Of a DNA stretch of 64,000 bases, positions 52,840-64,000 are shown piece by piece. Source of the stretch: Amoebidium appalachense (lineage: Eukaryota > Protista > Ichthyosporea); the NCBI GenBank assembly GCA_963693365.1, contig CAVNZM010000002.1, forward strand, positions 15,223,615 through 15,287,614, read 5' to 3'. Positions within the stretch are counted from its first letter, which is position 1; the number at the start of each line of letters is the position of its first letter. The notes below the pieces were generated by a model. That model saw only the letters and a program-made list of their open reading frames with translations, had not been told where the DNA came from and made no database searches. The position numbers and the translations under genes are program-made.

Positions 52840-53411
52840 ACCAACACCAGTGGTGTTACCGAACGAACCGAGCATGCGCACGGTGTCTCCAACCCTGCCG
52901 AGTTTGACACGCTGTGGCGTGACCTTCCTGCCCGTTTGTGGGCGTTTGTGCCGTCCGGTTCAGTCCCACGACCAATGCCTACTTCCCAGCTACATGCCAT
53001 GCCCAGGGTGCAGCAGGACGAGGTAATTTTAGTATTAAATTGTCTTAATTTTATAGAGCGTATTTAAAGTTTGGTCTGCTTTTCATCTTAGTTATTATTA
53101 TGCATTCATCCGAACGGTGTGCAGGCTATCTCAGATGCCTCACCCAGGATGCAGCGGGCTGGGATGTGTGGTATAGGTTTTTGTGTGTGTGTGCGTGAGT
53201 GCATGCGTGCATGTGTGTGTGGTGATTTTTTTTTCTTTTTTCTTTTTTTTCTTCTTTTTTTCCCGCTTTTTTTCATTTTTTTTTTGTTGTTGGGGGGGGG
53301 GGGGGGGGGGGGGGGGGGAGGGGGGGGGGGGGTAGGTAGGGATTGTTGTTCCCAACAAGGGTAGAGGCAGAAATCCCTTTTGAGGGTGGAAAGAGATTTG
53401 TGTGTGTGTGT

Positions 53412-53448
<37 letters not shown>

Positions 53449-54145
53449 GGGAGGGGGGGGAGAGTTTCTCCACGGTGACCTTGTTTTCCATATGCACATT
53501 CCCGTTTTTCTAACCCTCCCCTTTTTTTTGCCCCCCACAGGCCTTGGTGTCTGACCTACGTGCACGCAACTTTGACAACTGTGCCGTGTGCTATGAAGAC
53601 TTTGTGGTGGGGGGGTCTGATGTGTATCGGCTGAGCTGTGGCCACGTGTTCCATGTTGATTGTGTGGTTCCATGGCTGGAAAGATCATCTACATGCCCTC
53701 TGTGCAGGTGAGATTCCCCCCCCCCCCTCCCTCCCCCCCTCGACCACCCACCTACCCACCCACCCACCCTCTTTACCCCCATCCTTCGAAACACATCACA
53801 CCACCACCACCTTTAGCACATACTGGCAAACACGCTGCGGACACGACACATACGTACAAATGCGCATATGCACGTGCACAGACGGGGGTGTGCGCGCACA
53901 AATTTTCACCTACACAAAATAGCCACCCACCGTTTTGCGGCCTCTCCCCTCTGGTAATCCGTGTGCTTGGTTTTGTCATGATGCATTCATTTGAAACTTT
54001 GTTATCTTTTTGTAGCAAGAGACAGTGTACGGTACCTGAGCACACGACCACTTAGCAGACACACAGAGCACTTATGGACCTAACATGAACCACACGACAA
54101 AGGCACTCCCATGTTTTCACACACGTACCCCCATGCCTCCCCCCT

Positions 54146-54176
<31 letters not shown>

Positions 54177-54293
54177 GTCCCCTCCCTCCACAACCAAAAA
54201 AAAAAAAAAAAAAAAAAAGTCCACCCAAAACCCCCATTTCTACTAATATTGGTGGTTGGTGACTGCAGGGCGGAGTTGACTGAAGCCCAGTGA
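46217..54293 (+). CDS. RING-H2 E3 ubiquitin ligase with a SAP/HeH-like domain and long N/Q/P/H-rich low-complexity regions
   Basis: Phase-consistent exons 46217-46427, 47238-47984, 48538-48695, 49452-49537, 50425-51367, 52069-52260, 52840-53022, 53541-53707, 54269-54293; RING CAVCYEDF...LSCGHVFHVDCVVPWLERSSTCPLCR; SAP-like MSVRELKQLLQDMGGSTANCITKEDLVDAL. Start codon inferred. Confidence 0.85.
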
Positions 54294-54411
54294 TTGGTCG
54301 AATGGCGATAGTATGATTACCTTAAGATTCGATTTGCTTTTTTCTGTTTTTTTCGTTTTTTGAGCGTCTGTTGTTTGGGTATGTGATTATTGACGTGTTT
54401 TGTATTGAGCG

Positions 54412-54488
<77 letters not shown>

Positions 54489-54578
54489 CGTGCATGTGCG
54501 TGTGCGTGTGCGTGTGCGTCCCTGTGTGTGTGTGCGTGTGTCCGTGCGCAGGGGCTGGGTGGGTGGGTGGGTGGGTGT

Positions 54579-54627
<49 letters not shown>

Positions 54628-54809
54628 CGGGATTGATCATCGATACTTCCTTTTGTGAAATGAACGATGTGTGTTTGTGACGCCTTCAAATTGATGACTG
54701 GATTTATGACTTTATCTACGTAAATTGATTGAAGATTAATGAAATACTTCATGTTCGAACTATTCCAGCAACATGACGCCAGCATCCTGCAAGGACCCCC
54801 GCCTCCCCC

Positions 54810-54861
<52 letters not shown>

Positions 54862-55875
54862 CCCTACGCACACACACACACACACCACCCAGCTACCGTG
54901 ACCACCACCACCACCACCACCACACACCCACGCACCCACCTACCCATACAGACACACACAACAGTGTGTGTGTGTGTGTGTGCATGTGTGTGTGCGCGCG
55001 CGCGTGTGTGTGTGTGTGTGTTGGCATGACATTGTGCATGTGTGCACGTGCTCGTCCGTGTGTGTTTCATGGATGCATGTGTGCAAGGTCAATGCCGGCA
55101 TGTTGTGATGTGTGACATTCGGCGTTTTTTTGACCTCATTATTGTACAGACCACGATTCAATGCTCCAACTCCAAAATTTATGCACCGTTATTTTCATAA
55201 CAATAATCTCGGACTCCTGCTTATGATAGCATGTTACTACCAATCATTATGGCATGTCGACGCACTCGATTTAGTCGTGACGGGTTCTCTGCCAGTATGT
55301 GTGTGAAGCGAACTCACTGTGCACCTAGGTCTCTATAAATTACACGTACACAAATGTTTCATGTCATGATCATTGCTGGTTGAGGGGTTGCCAAGTAACC
55401 CTGAGCCGATCGCCGATGCACTTTTGCATCAAATCACCAGGAATCGCCAGATTTCTGGTATTTATACCGTCAGAGTACATATGAACCAAAGTTGCGTCAT
55501 CGCCATGACGTCATCCCTGCCTATTGCTGTACCACAGCACAGACAACGAATGCCAGGAATTTTTTGCGTTAGACACCAAATACCTATGAAAGTATGCTCA
55601 ACTGGGTTACAATCAAAAATGTTGCCTAAGCAGGAAGTGTACTGTTTCGGAATTTTTGCATTTTGTTGCCCTTGGAGCTGTTACAAAATTATTTACAATC
55701 TAGTTGAAGTAGAATGAAAACGTTTTTACCCAGGGTATTAAGACTCATTTTGGCGCCTTGTAAGATGAAGACTCATTTTGGGCGCCTTGTAAAACCCCCA
55801 GATCTTGGTCTACGGAGACGGACATACCCATGAAAGTATTACTTAAGAACCTAGGCCTGTAAGAACGCCTACGAC

Positions 55876-56809
55876 CACGGCCCTCTGAAAAAAAGACGGC
55901 CTGGATACACTACGTCATAAAATCGCATTCCATTGTGCTCGTGGTATCTCGATCCACTGGATTCCGGCCCTAAAACGAGATGTCGGCACAGAACATGTAT
56001 GTTGTTGTTTTTCGTTTACGTCTCGCTTTTTTTGGTTCAAAGACGGAGACATCGGTAACATGGCTGACGGCGGGACTGGCCTTATGAAGGGAGCTGCTCC
56101 TCCCGAGCCTGGAATGGATAAGAAGAGAAGTAACGGTCTGCGTAGCAACAAAATCGGTAACATATGCAGTGTTCCAGGCTGCAGAGGCAACTACGACGAC
56201 CAAAACAAGGTTTTCGTTTACAAATTCCCCAACCCAAACGACGGGCGCATTAAAAGCGAGACGCTACGCGAAGAAACACGGAACCTTCTCAGTGCGTGGC
56301 TACGTGCTGTGCCGAGGCAGTGGCCTGAGAACTTCGACCCGCACGGTGTTGCGCGGGTCTGCTGCCGTCACTTTCCCGCCCATGACATCGTTAAAAAAGG
56401 TGGCAAAGCGTGGCCTAGGCCAGGCGCCGTCCCGAGCATTTTTCCCAACTGCCCCAGTTACCTGAGCGCCCCTTCCGCGCCTCCTCGTACGGACCCGGAA
56501 GAGAGAGCCGCAAAGATGGAGAAGGTTCGGGCAAGGCAAGAGGAAGAGGCAGTAGCGAAGAAGCGCCAGAAGGAGATGTTCGTGTTCGGCCAGCTTGTTG
56601 TCCGTGCCCTGGAAATAGCGGAGCGGCACGCCGGCTGGAGGGTTTACGGAGGAAACACAGTGGTCGCTGGCGTTTACGAGCAAGACAATGGTACCCCCCC
56701 CCCCCCCCCCCCCCCCCTCAAAATCCCCTCCAATGTCCTCATGCCCTCGCCCCCTCACCCCCTCACCCCCCCAACACACAAGGTCACATGAGGAGTCGAC
56801 CGGCATGAA

Positions 56810-56845
<36 letters not shown>

Positions 56846-56925
56846 TTGTGTGTGTCTGTGTGTGACACTGTGTGTGTGTGTGTGTGTGTGTGACACGTGT
56901 GTGTGTGCGCGCGCATCAGTGTGTT

Positions 56926-56977
<52 letters not shown>

Positions 56978-57266
56978 TGTGTCGGGATGGGTGGGTGGGG
57001 AGGGGGGGGGGGGGGGGGTTTCCATATGGTTTTTCACATGCCAAGCGTAGTCAAATGTGGTGCCACACAGATTTTGCTGACTTTTAATTTGCAGGCCAGT
57101 CTCATCCGCTATCTCCTGGACAGCGGCGTGAGCGGCGAGAAGCTCAACTTTGTGCTCACCAGAAAGTTTCAAACCGACTCCCTTGAGGGTGCTTTTGGCA
57201 CAATCCGACAGTACAGCGGTGGGAACTACAACGTTGGGACAGCACAGGTGGGTACCTCCCCCTCCT

Positions 57267-57320
<54 letters not shown>

Positions 57321-57816
57321 ACACCCCTACCCTACTCAGCCACCCACCCACTGCCTGCAACAATGAAACACAAGAGATACATCACACACACACGATTCAT
57401 ACAGCATTACAAAGAACAGAGACAGAACAGATATAGGATGATTTGGTGATTCACCTTAATAATAGGATAGTGGTGTCATGACATGGTGGCCCCGGGGAAT
57501 AAAATAATCAGGAGAAAAAAAAAAAGGGGGGGGGGGGGATAGCGAGAGAGGCAGGGACGGAAGAAGGGGTTGGAGGAGGAGGGGAGGGGGAGGGGGGGTA
57601 TCAGGATAAAAGGAGTGTGGTGAAAAGAAAGGGTGCAAAGAAAACTGAACGAAAAATGAAATTAGGGGGTGGGGTGGGGGGGGGGGGGGGGGGGGGGGGG
57701 GGCTGTTGAACTCAAACCACAAAAATGCACACACGTACACGCACACACACACACACAGACACACAGACACACATACACCAAACACCACACACACACACAC
57801 ACACACACACACCGTA

Positions 57817-57871
<55 letters not shown>

Positions 57872-59166
57872 ATACATACACAACCCCATGCAGATATACC
57901 TAAACCATGCTTGTGTACACACGAAGATATGCTATGATACACTGCTTGCGCGCCCGCGCCATAGTGTGTCATATTAAACTTTTATAGCCACGTGCCATCT
58001 ATATATACACAAATCACACAATAAACTCACCTCTATGAACAGACTCTCCAGGCCGTCAAAAGGATACGGGTGCAGAAGCTGGCAAAGCTGGCAGTGCAGA
58101 CGGGCACAAGTGTAACACAGCTGTTCGACAACATGAACACAGCACTCAACAGCAAACGCAAAACGATCACCATCGAGACCATTCTCCCACTCTACAACAA
58201 CACCATCTGGGGCCACGTCTATAAAATCAGCGAAGACGTCAGAAAGCCAGAGGTGCTAACCTACCGGGCAGGGTTCTGTGTGCACGCGCTTCACGTGCGC
58301 GGTGTTGGCTGCAACACATGTCGTGCACAATTCGAAATCACCACACCCAACAAAAACACCAACACACCCAGTGAAACAAGCACCACAGCTACTGAAACAG
58401 CCACCACTACGGCCGGGAGAGCCACAGACGATCACTACCGACTCATCCGCGCCGCCAATCGGGGGGGCCTGACTTTCCCTTCACCACCAACAGTGAGCAT
58501 TGTCACATTGGTCTACTGTGTGGTGGAGGCACTGCTAAAGCCACTGGTCAACACGTACCTTCCGGGGGGCAGCCATAGAACGGTGGCTGTGCTACTCAGC
58601 GAACATGCAGTCAAAAGGTACAATACCGATAAGGCACTTATGGACGAGTGTGGGGTGTGCGGCACGCAAAAGAGAGCACTAGTGGAACGACTAATAACCG
58701 TTGCAACCAACTGCCACCTGAGCGCGTATGTGCGTCAACGCAAGGAACAAGCGAAGAAAGCACCCAACAAAGCAAACCGGAAAGCCAAAACAGTGCAGGC
58801 GGCCGCTTTGGCGGCGAGCGAGGCCGCCGCGGGGGCAGGCGTCCCCGCCACAGTTGCAGGGAGCATGCCGTCGACAAAACCAGCAAAGAAGAAAAAGGAG
58901 AGCAAAACAGAGGAAAAGGGAGGCGAAGGGAGGAAGAAGGGAAAGAAAGGTGAAAACAAAGCAACCACGGCGGAACCACCTACCGTCGAGTGGGAGATGG
59001 AGGGAAACGATGACGAGCTGGTGGCTGCACTGGAGGCAGCAGAGGCGGAGTACGATTGGATGGTAGAGGCGTATTTGGAGGAAGCAGAGCTCTAGCGGCT
59101 TTGTCAGTGTTTTCTAACCCTCTTTCTTTTCTTTTTTTGCCAGTAGGTAGAGGTGTGAGGGTTTGC

Positions 59167-59215
<49 letters not shown>

Positions 59216-59690
59216 CTACACAGTGTTTATTGGTTGGTGGTTAGTGTTGCAGGACATAGACGTTCTAATACTTAACATACAGGTAGTATTATGTTACCTA
59301 GTGGATAGAAACACCTTTGAGAGAATATACGCAAAGAAGAGTTCTAGTTTTGTAGCAGATCTTTGCTCACTATGTGTAAACGTGAACTGCTCAATAGATA
59401 TAACTATACTGAGACTCAGCTACACTATTATGTACACTATGCCAAAACTTTGTGCTATAGGGCTTGCGCATATTACTCGCAAGCCCTATAGCACCGTGAC
59501 AAAGACAAAAAAACGCCTTAGAACATAGGAAGCACTTCATAAACTTTTGTCGTTTTTTTTTTCCCTTCCGTTTTCCTTCATAATCTGCGCACTGATAGTA
59601 GTTTGCTAGCGAATCCAGTGGATCGAAATACCAATCTGCTCTTTTGACCCCGTTCTGTATCCAGGCCGTCTTTTTTTTCAGAGGGCCGTG
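55876..59690 (+). mobile_element. P-superfamily (THAP) DNA transposon, internally deleted
   Basis: ~34-bp TIRs CACGGCCCTCTGA(7/8)GACGGCCTGGATACA; perfect 7-bp TSD CTACGAC (55869-55875 and 59691-59697); subterminal 23-bp inverted repeat 55942-55964 / 59611-59633; transposase remnants inside. Confidence 0.93.
56060..59095 (+). pseudogene. P-element-type transposase lacking its central region
   Basis: Exon 56060-56690 has a THAP C2CH domain (CSVPGC...W...VCCRHF...AVPSIF); exon 57095-57247 has LTRKFQTDSLEGAFGTIRQYSGGNYN (RNase H C-terminal Glu motif); exon 58043-59095 has LTYRAGF..CNTC..RGGLTFPS. Exon 1 ends in phase 1 but exon 2 starts in phase 0. Confidence 0.8.
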
Positions 59691-59697
59691 CTACGAC

Positions 59698-60200
59698 ACC
59701 GTAGTACCGTACCCACTGGTTTGTTATGGCATAAGCTGGCTATAAGGGCTTACCAGCCCCTTTGGCCGTCTTCTGCAAGCGCTGTTCGATACCACTCGCG
59801 GACGAGCGGCGGTCCATGGCCATGCCATTGGAACATCAACGCCCGGTTTTTCTCGTTCTCGGGGTCATCTGCAGGGGTCCCTCCTGAGTCCGGCCGCGGC
59901 CGGCCGTTGTTGTTTGACGTTTTCATTGACGATTTAGCCTGCGCCCTCGAACCCTTTGGCCAACTGCATACCCGCCGTGTACCGGGTCTCCTTTTTGTGG
60001 ACGATATTGTTCTTTGTTCTTGTCATGCACCAGATGCTTCGTCAGGTGGATCAATGGTGCACCGAGAATCTCATGACAGTCGGAATTGCAAAGTGTGCTA
60101 CTTTTTCGAAAAACGCTTCCTTTTGATTGGCCGGTCTTCCTATTCCTGTTCAGAGCACCTATGACTATCATCAAGTTGGGTATCATAGTCCTTTTACTGC
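59698..60200 (+). mobile_element. Decayed non-LTR retrotransposon (LINE) reverse-transcriptase fragment
   Basis: GVPPES..PLLFDVFIDDL...VPGLLFVDDIVL (59874-60014) resembles RT motifs GVPQG..SPLLF..FIDDL and LFADD; frameshifted; extent approximate. Confidence 0.7.
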
Positions 60201-61084
60201 ACGGGGTATTGATTTCCGCACGCTCCTCACGGCACGGATCGCTCGTGCGAAGGGTAAGCTTCACATATCGTGTCAAAGATGTTTCAACGGGAGTCTGTGA
60301 TCCATCCTGCGAACCTTCTTCTCTACTATAGAACTTTTTTACGGCCGACACTTTCGAATTTGGACTTCCGGATCCGCTATTGGCCTGCGCCCCACCTTGC
60401 GAGGCGGCCGTGGCGCTGAAAGAGTTCGACGATTTTCAGGGTACTGCGCTGCGCACTTTGTTTCGTACTCGGTTTGTGCCTCCCTTTAAAACAGTATGTT
60501 TGGATTGTCGTCTGCTGTTTGTCGTATGGAGGAATTGTCTCTTCGTTTTTGTTTTCAGTTCGTTAGGATGGATACCTTATGATGGTCACCCTCTTTATGC
60601 TTTCTTTCCCCCCCTCCCTCCATCCCTCTTCCCCCCCGATTCACCAACGTTACTTCTGAATGTCCTCAGCCTACCCTCTTTCAACCTGATTCTTCCTCTC
60701 GCTATCTCACTCCCTCTTTCTTTTCTCTTCCTGTTTTTTCTGCCTTTTCGCGTTATTACCATTACGCAGTATAAGTTTCTTTCTCGTTCTGATAGAGAAA
60801 TCAAAGGTAAAACTCAGTCGGCATGTGTTATGTTCCTTAGGCAACACCGTACTGATCATTATCGCTTTTTGGGAGCTTTGGCAGGATATTTTCTCCTGCT
60901 GTACGTATGGATACCACCCTAGACTAAGTAGATAAGTCTGTATGGTGCTCTGATGTTGATATTGCCTGGGAAGTTGTGCAGTGGCGTTGTAATTTTTGTT
61001 ATCGCCGCTGGTGCCACTTTTGTGCTGAACCTTTTAATCGCAAGCATGCTGATAAGTGTGAGTTTTTATGTCGCGTGCGTCATG

Positions 61085-62288
61085 CAAGTCGGCCGGTTCG
61101 CTATGATGGCCCGCCCGGCCGGGCCGGCAAATCGGGCCAAAAGTCCCCGACCCGAACATTTTGCATATAATTTGAGAAATTGTGGAGAGAGAAGTCTCGA
61201 ACAGTTTTCCACCAAAATTTGCTACGTACTAAATATATATGTAAACTCTTATTATGTAAATTTTCAATCAATTCTGACATTGGGTTTTTTGGCAAAGCTC
61301 ACAAAAGCGATGGTACCTTTTCTTGGTTTGAGGTGCGAACTGAAAATTGGTGACACTGTAGCGTGACAACCCAATGTCAGATCGAGTTGAAACTTGGTAA
61401 ACCCCAAGGTCATTGGCTTACAAGCTTATGTGCAAAATTTGACCTATGGTTGTTTGTCTTTATGCGACACAGGAAGGACGCGCTTTGGCCGGTTTTCAGC
61501 CGTAAAAAAGTGAAACACGGCAACAAACTGCGTTGGCCGCTGTACTGCACAGCGTGTGAGCCACTCGTCATCTGAAACTGATCAGTGCGGCGGGTGGCAA
61601 GATGGTGACAATGCGATAAGAAATTGTTTACGTGAACCAATCATAGACGAGAACTAAGAAATATGCGGGTAAATGGGAATTTTCGGCTCACATATTGGTG
61701 ACAAAGCAAAGGACGCTAAGAAGCATGTGATTACGGTCAACATTGTACATATAATCTACAAATAATAAATATAATGTATAAATAAATGATAGAAATTATT
61801 ATATTATTATTTAATACAGCTTAAATACTGAATAGGAATGGGCAGGTAGGAGTGGCACCGCGATCATGAAAAAGGAATTTTGCAACGCTCAAGCGTGGTT
61901 TGATTGGTCGGCATGCGTTCTATATAACAAGCAAGGACCTAGACTCACACGTGCGGCGACATTGTCCTTGTTCGCGTGCATGTGCATACCTGTACGTACG
62001 GTGTTTTAATAAATATTAAAGCCTTTTATATACTTCAAATCTATGTGTTATCGTTTATTGCTATATCCTGTTTCATGCTTTCGCCGCGCTCCGATCGATT
62101 GGGTGCCTGTCAGGAGTGTCTCTGCCGTGAGCTGGGCATTCGCATTCCACAGATCGCGTCGAATGGCTCGTGTAATTGGCTGCAGATCTTTCGCGGCTCT
62201 CGGCGAACTTTGGCCCGGATCCGCCCTGAACCGCTTGTATCCGCGGCGAACCGGCCGGGCGGGCCCTCATAGCGAACCGGCCGACGTG
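61085..62288. mobile_element. Non-autonomous TIR element (~1.2 kb)
   Basis: ~38-bp GC-rich inverted termini CA(A/C)GTCGGCCGGTTCGCTATGA(T/G)GGCCCGCCCGGCCGG; AT-rich noncoding interior; no TSD recognised. Confidence 0.7.
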
Positions 62289-62495
62289 ATATATATATGG
62301 GGTTTACGCTGTTTACTTGAGGCAAAGAGAACCAGTCTCAGGTATGGGGGGGGGGGGTTTTGCTCGGAATATCCCCCTCGGCGGTATATCATGATCACGT
62401 ACATAGATGTCGGGTGGTGACTATATATCAGGGTTTACTTTCTCTACGAGACACCATAAAGACTACAAGGAGAAATCAATTAGTTGGGGTTCCCC

Positions 62496-62543
<48 letters not shown>

Positions 62544-62575
62544 GGGCTCCCCTCGGGACACTCGGTATCAGCTGG

Positions 62576-62628
<53 letters not shown>

Positions 62629-64000
62629 TGCGCTATAATTTTGTAGTGATGTGTTTCTCAAGCCAATCAATACATCTAATAAACAGGTCGTAGTTACGCG
62701 TGTTTAGTATAAAATCAAGGATGTTGTAATTTACAGGTAGGCTATCTTTCTGGGTGTCTGTTGTGAATGTGACGTGTGTGTGTTGCGGTATTATGTGGTC
62801 TATCAAACTACATTTGGCGATACATGACCGGTTAAACTGGTGTGTGTGTGTGTTGTTTGGGCATGCAAATGATGCCACCTTATACTTATTAGATCTCCAC
62901 TGTATAGCACGTGTACAGTAAAAGCGTGGTAATTGATCAATAATACCATCAGCTAGAGAAAGACCAGTTCTACAGGAAGGTAATATGTATTTAGGTGTTA
63001 TACACTTGCGAGTGCCATATTTGGCAATATGGTTGAGGCGGTCAGTATATATAAAACGAGACATAAGGCTTAGTTTTTCAAGGTGTATGCTTTCATCGGG
63101 TCTAGTGTCGTGTGGTATCTTTTTCCATTTGTTATATTGCGTGATTATCTTGTGATTGTGTACATGTTTAATAAGTAAGTGGCAGTCCAAAGTCACACAC
63201 ACACTATTGCGGGGTTTATTTGTATTTGTGCCCAGGGGAGAAGGGGAGAGAGAGGGGAGGAAAGAGGGGAGAGGTGAGGAGGGGACAGGTCGGATAGAGA
63301 AGAGAGGGTGGGAGGGCAAATACTTCTTTAAGCGGCTTATGTGCTTATTGAATTTCAGCGCGAGATAGGATACTCTAGCAGCTATTGGGACCAGACTGTC
63401 ATGTGCTGAGCTGATTCGTATTAGTTTGCTTCTATATTTCGTGTTTTGGTGAGTGAATTTCGGGGGTTTTCTTGCATAGTGATGCCGGGGTCTAAGTGGG
63501 GTATTAGGAGATTAATCAGTGGTATGGGGAGAACCTGATGCAGCGGCGGCTGATTGTTTGGTGCGCGCGTGCATGCCCCATGCCTCTGCGTACTCTGCAT
63601 GTTATATGTTGTATTGCTTCTTGCTGTGTGCTTGGCGAGACCCATGTTGCCTGCTCGCGTGTGTGTATGCTTATATGTATTGTGAGTAAAGGTGTGTACG
63701 TGTTGTAGTGCTGTAGGGGTGTCTCAGGTGGCGGTAGCCAATGGTGTGGAGTGCGTGTAGTCTGTGGGGGAGGGAGTGTTGTGATTGGCTGAATGTCACT
63801 GTGGTATTTGTCTGGCCAGTGGGCCGCGTGTCTGTGAAGTGTCTCGCGGGGTCGCGGGCTTTTCGAAGTTCTTCTGAGAACACGAAAAAACTCGCTTCCC
63901 ACCCAACTCAAAGAAAAGTTTATACGTATACACGGTTTCGAGCCCCTTTAAGCGTGCAGATAGTTAGAGTAGTTTGTATACACACTGTTTGTTGCCACGA

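Noticed and set aside
59000-59060. UIM-like helix DDELVAALEAAEAEY at the transposase C-terminus
   Set aside because: Lacks the conserved UIM serine; may be only an acidic amphipathic tail.
62633-63319. 228-aa minus-strand ORF
   Set aside because: Starts in a low-complexity tract and shows no domain motifs or splice support.

Overview
Intron-rich eukaryotic genomic DNA; a unicellular opisthokont/holozoan origin is a guess from gene content only. Almost all long ORFs in the track are artefacts of poly-C/poly-G and (CA)n/(GT)n tracts that fill the introns. Manual splicing gives: a 5'-truncated ABCC10/MRP7-type ABC transporter (338-24186, +) with an intronic tRNA-Thr(AGT) and a long-TIR MITE; three paralogous two-exon genes for secreted prepro-peptides with an unrecognised 8-Cys core (25.7-34.2 kb); a bacterial-type FlaR/adenylate-kinase-like P-loop protein; NF-YB (-) with an AT-AC minor-spliceosome intron; a SAP-like + RING-H2 E3 ligase; an internally deleted P-superfamily (THAP) transposon with TIRs and a 7-bp TSD nested in a decayed non-LTR RT; and a second TIR element. 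The best candidate for an undescribed system is the Cys-rich peptide cluster, which shows furin, pyroGlu and amidation-like processing signals. Coordinates were counted by hand and no database searches were run.
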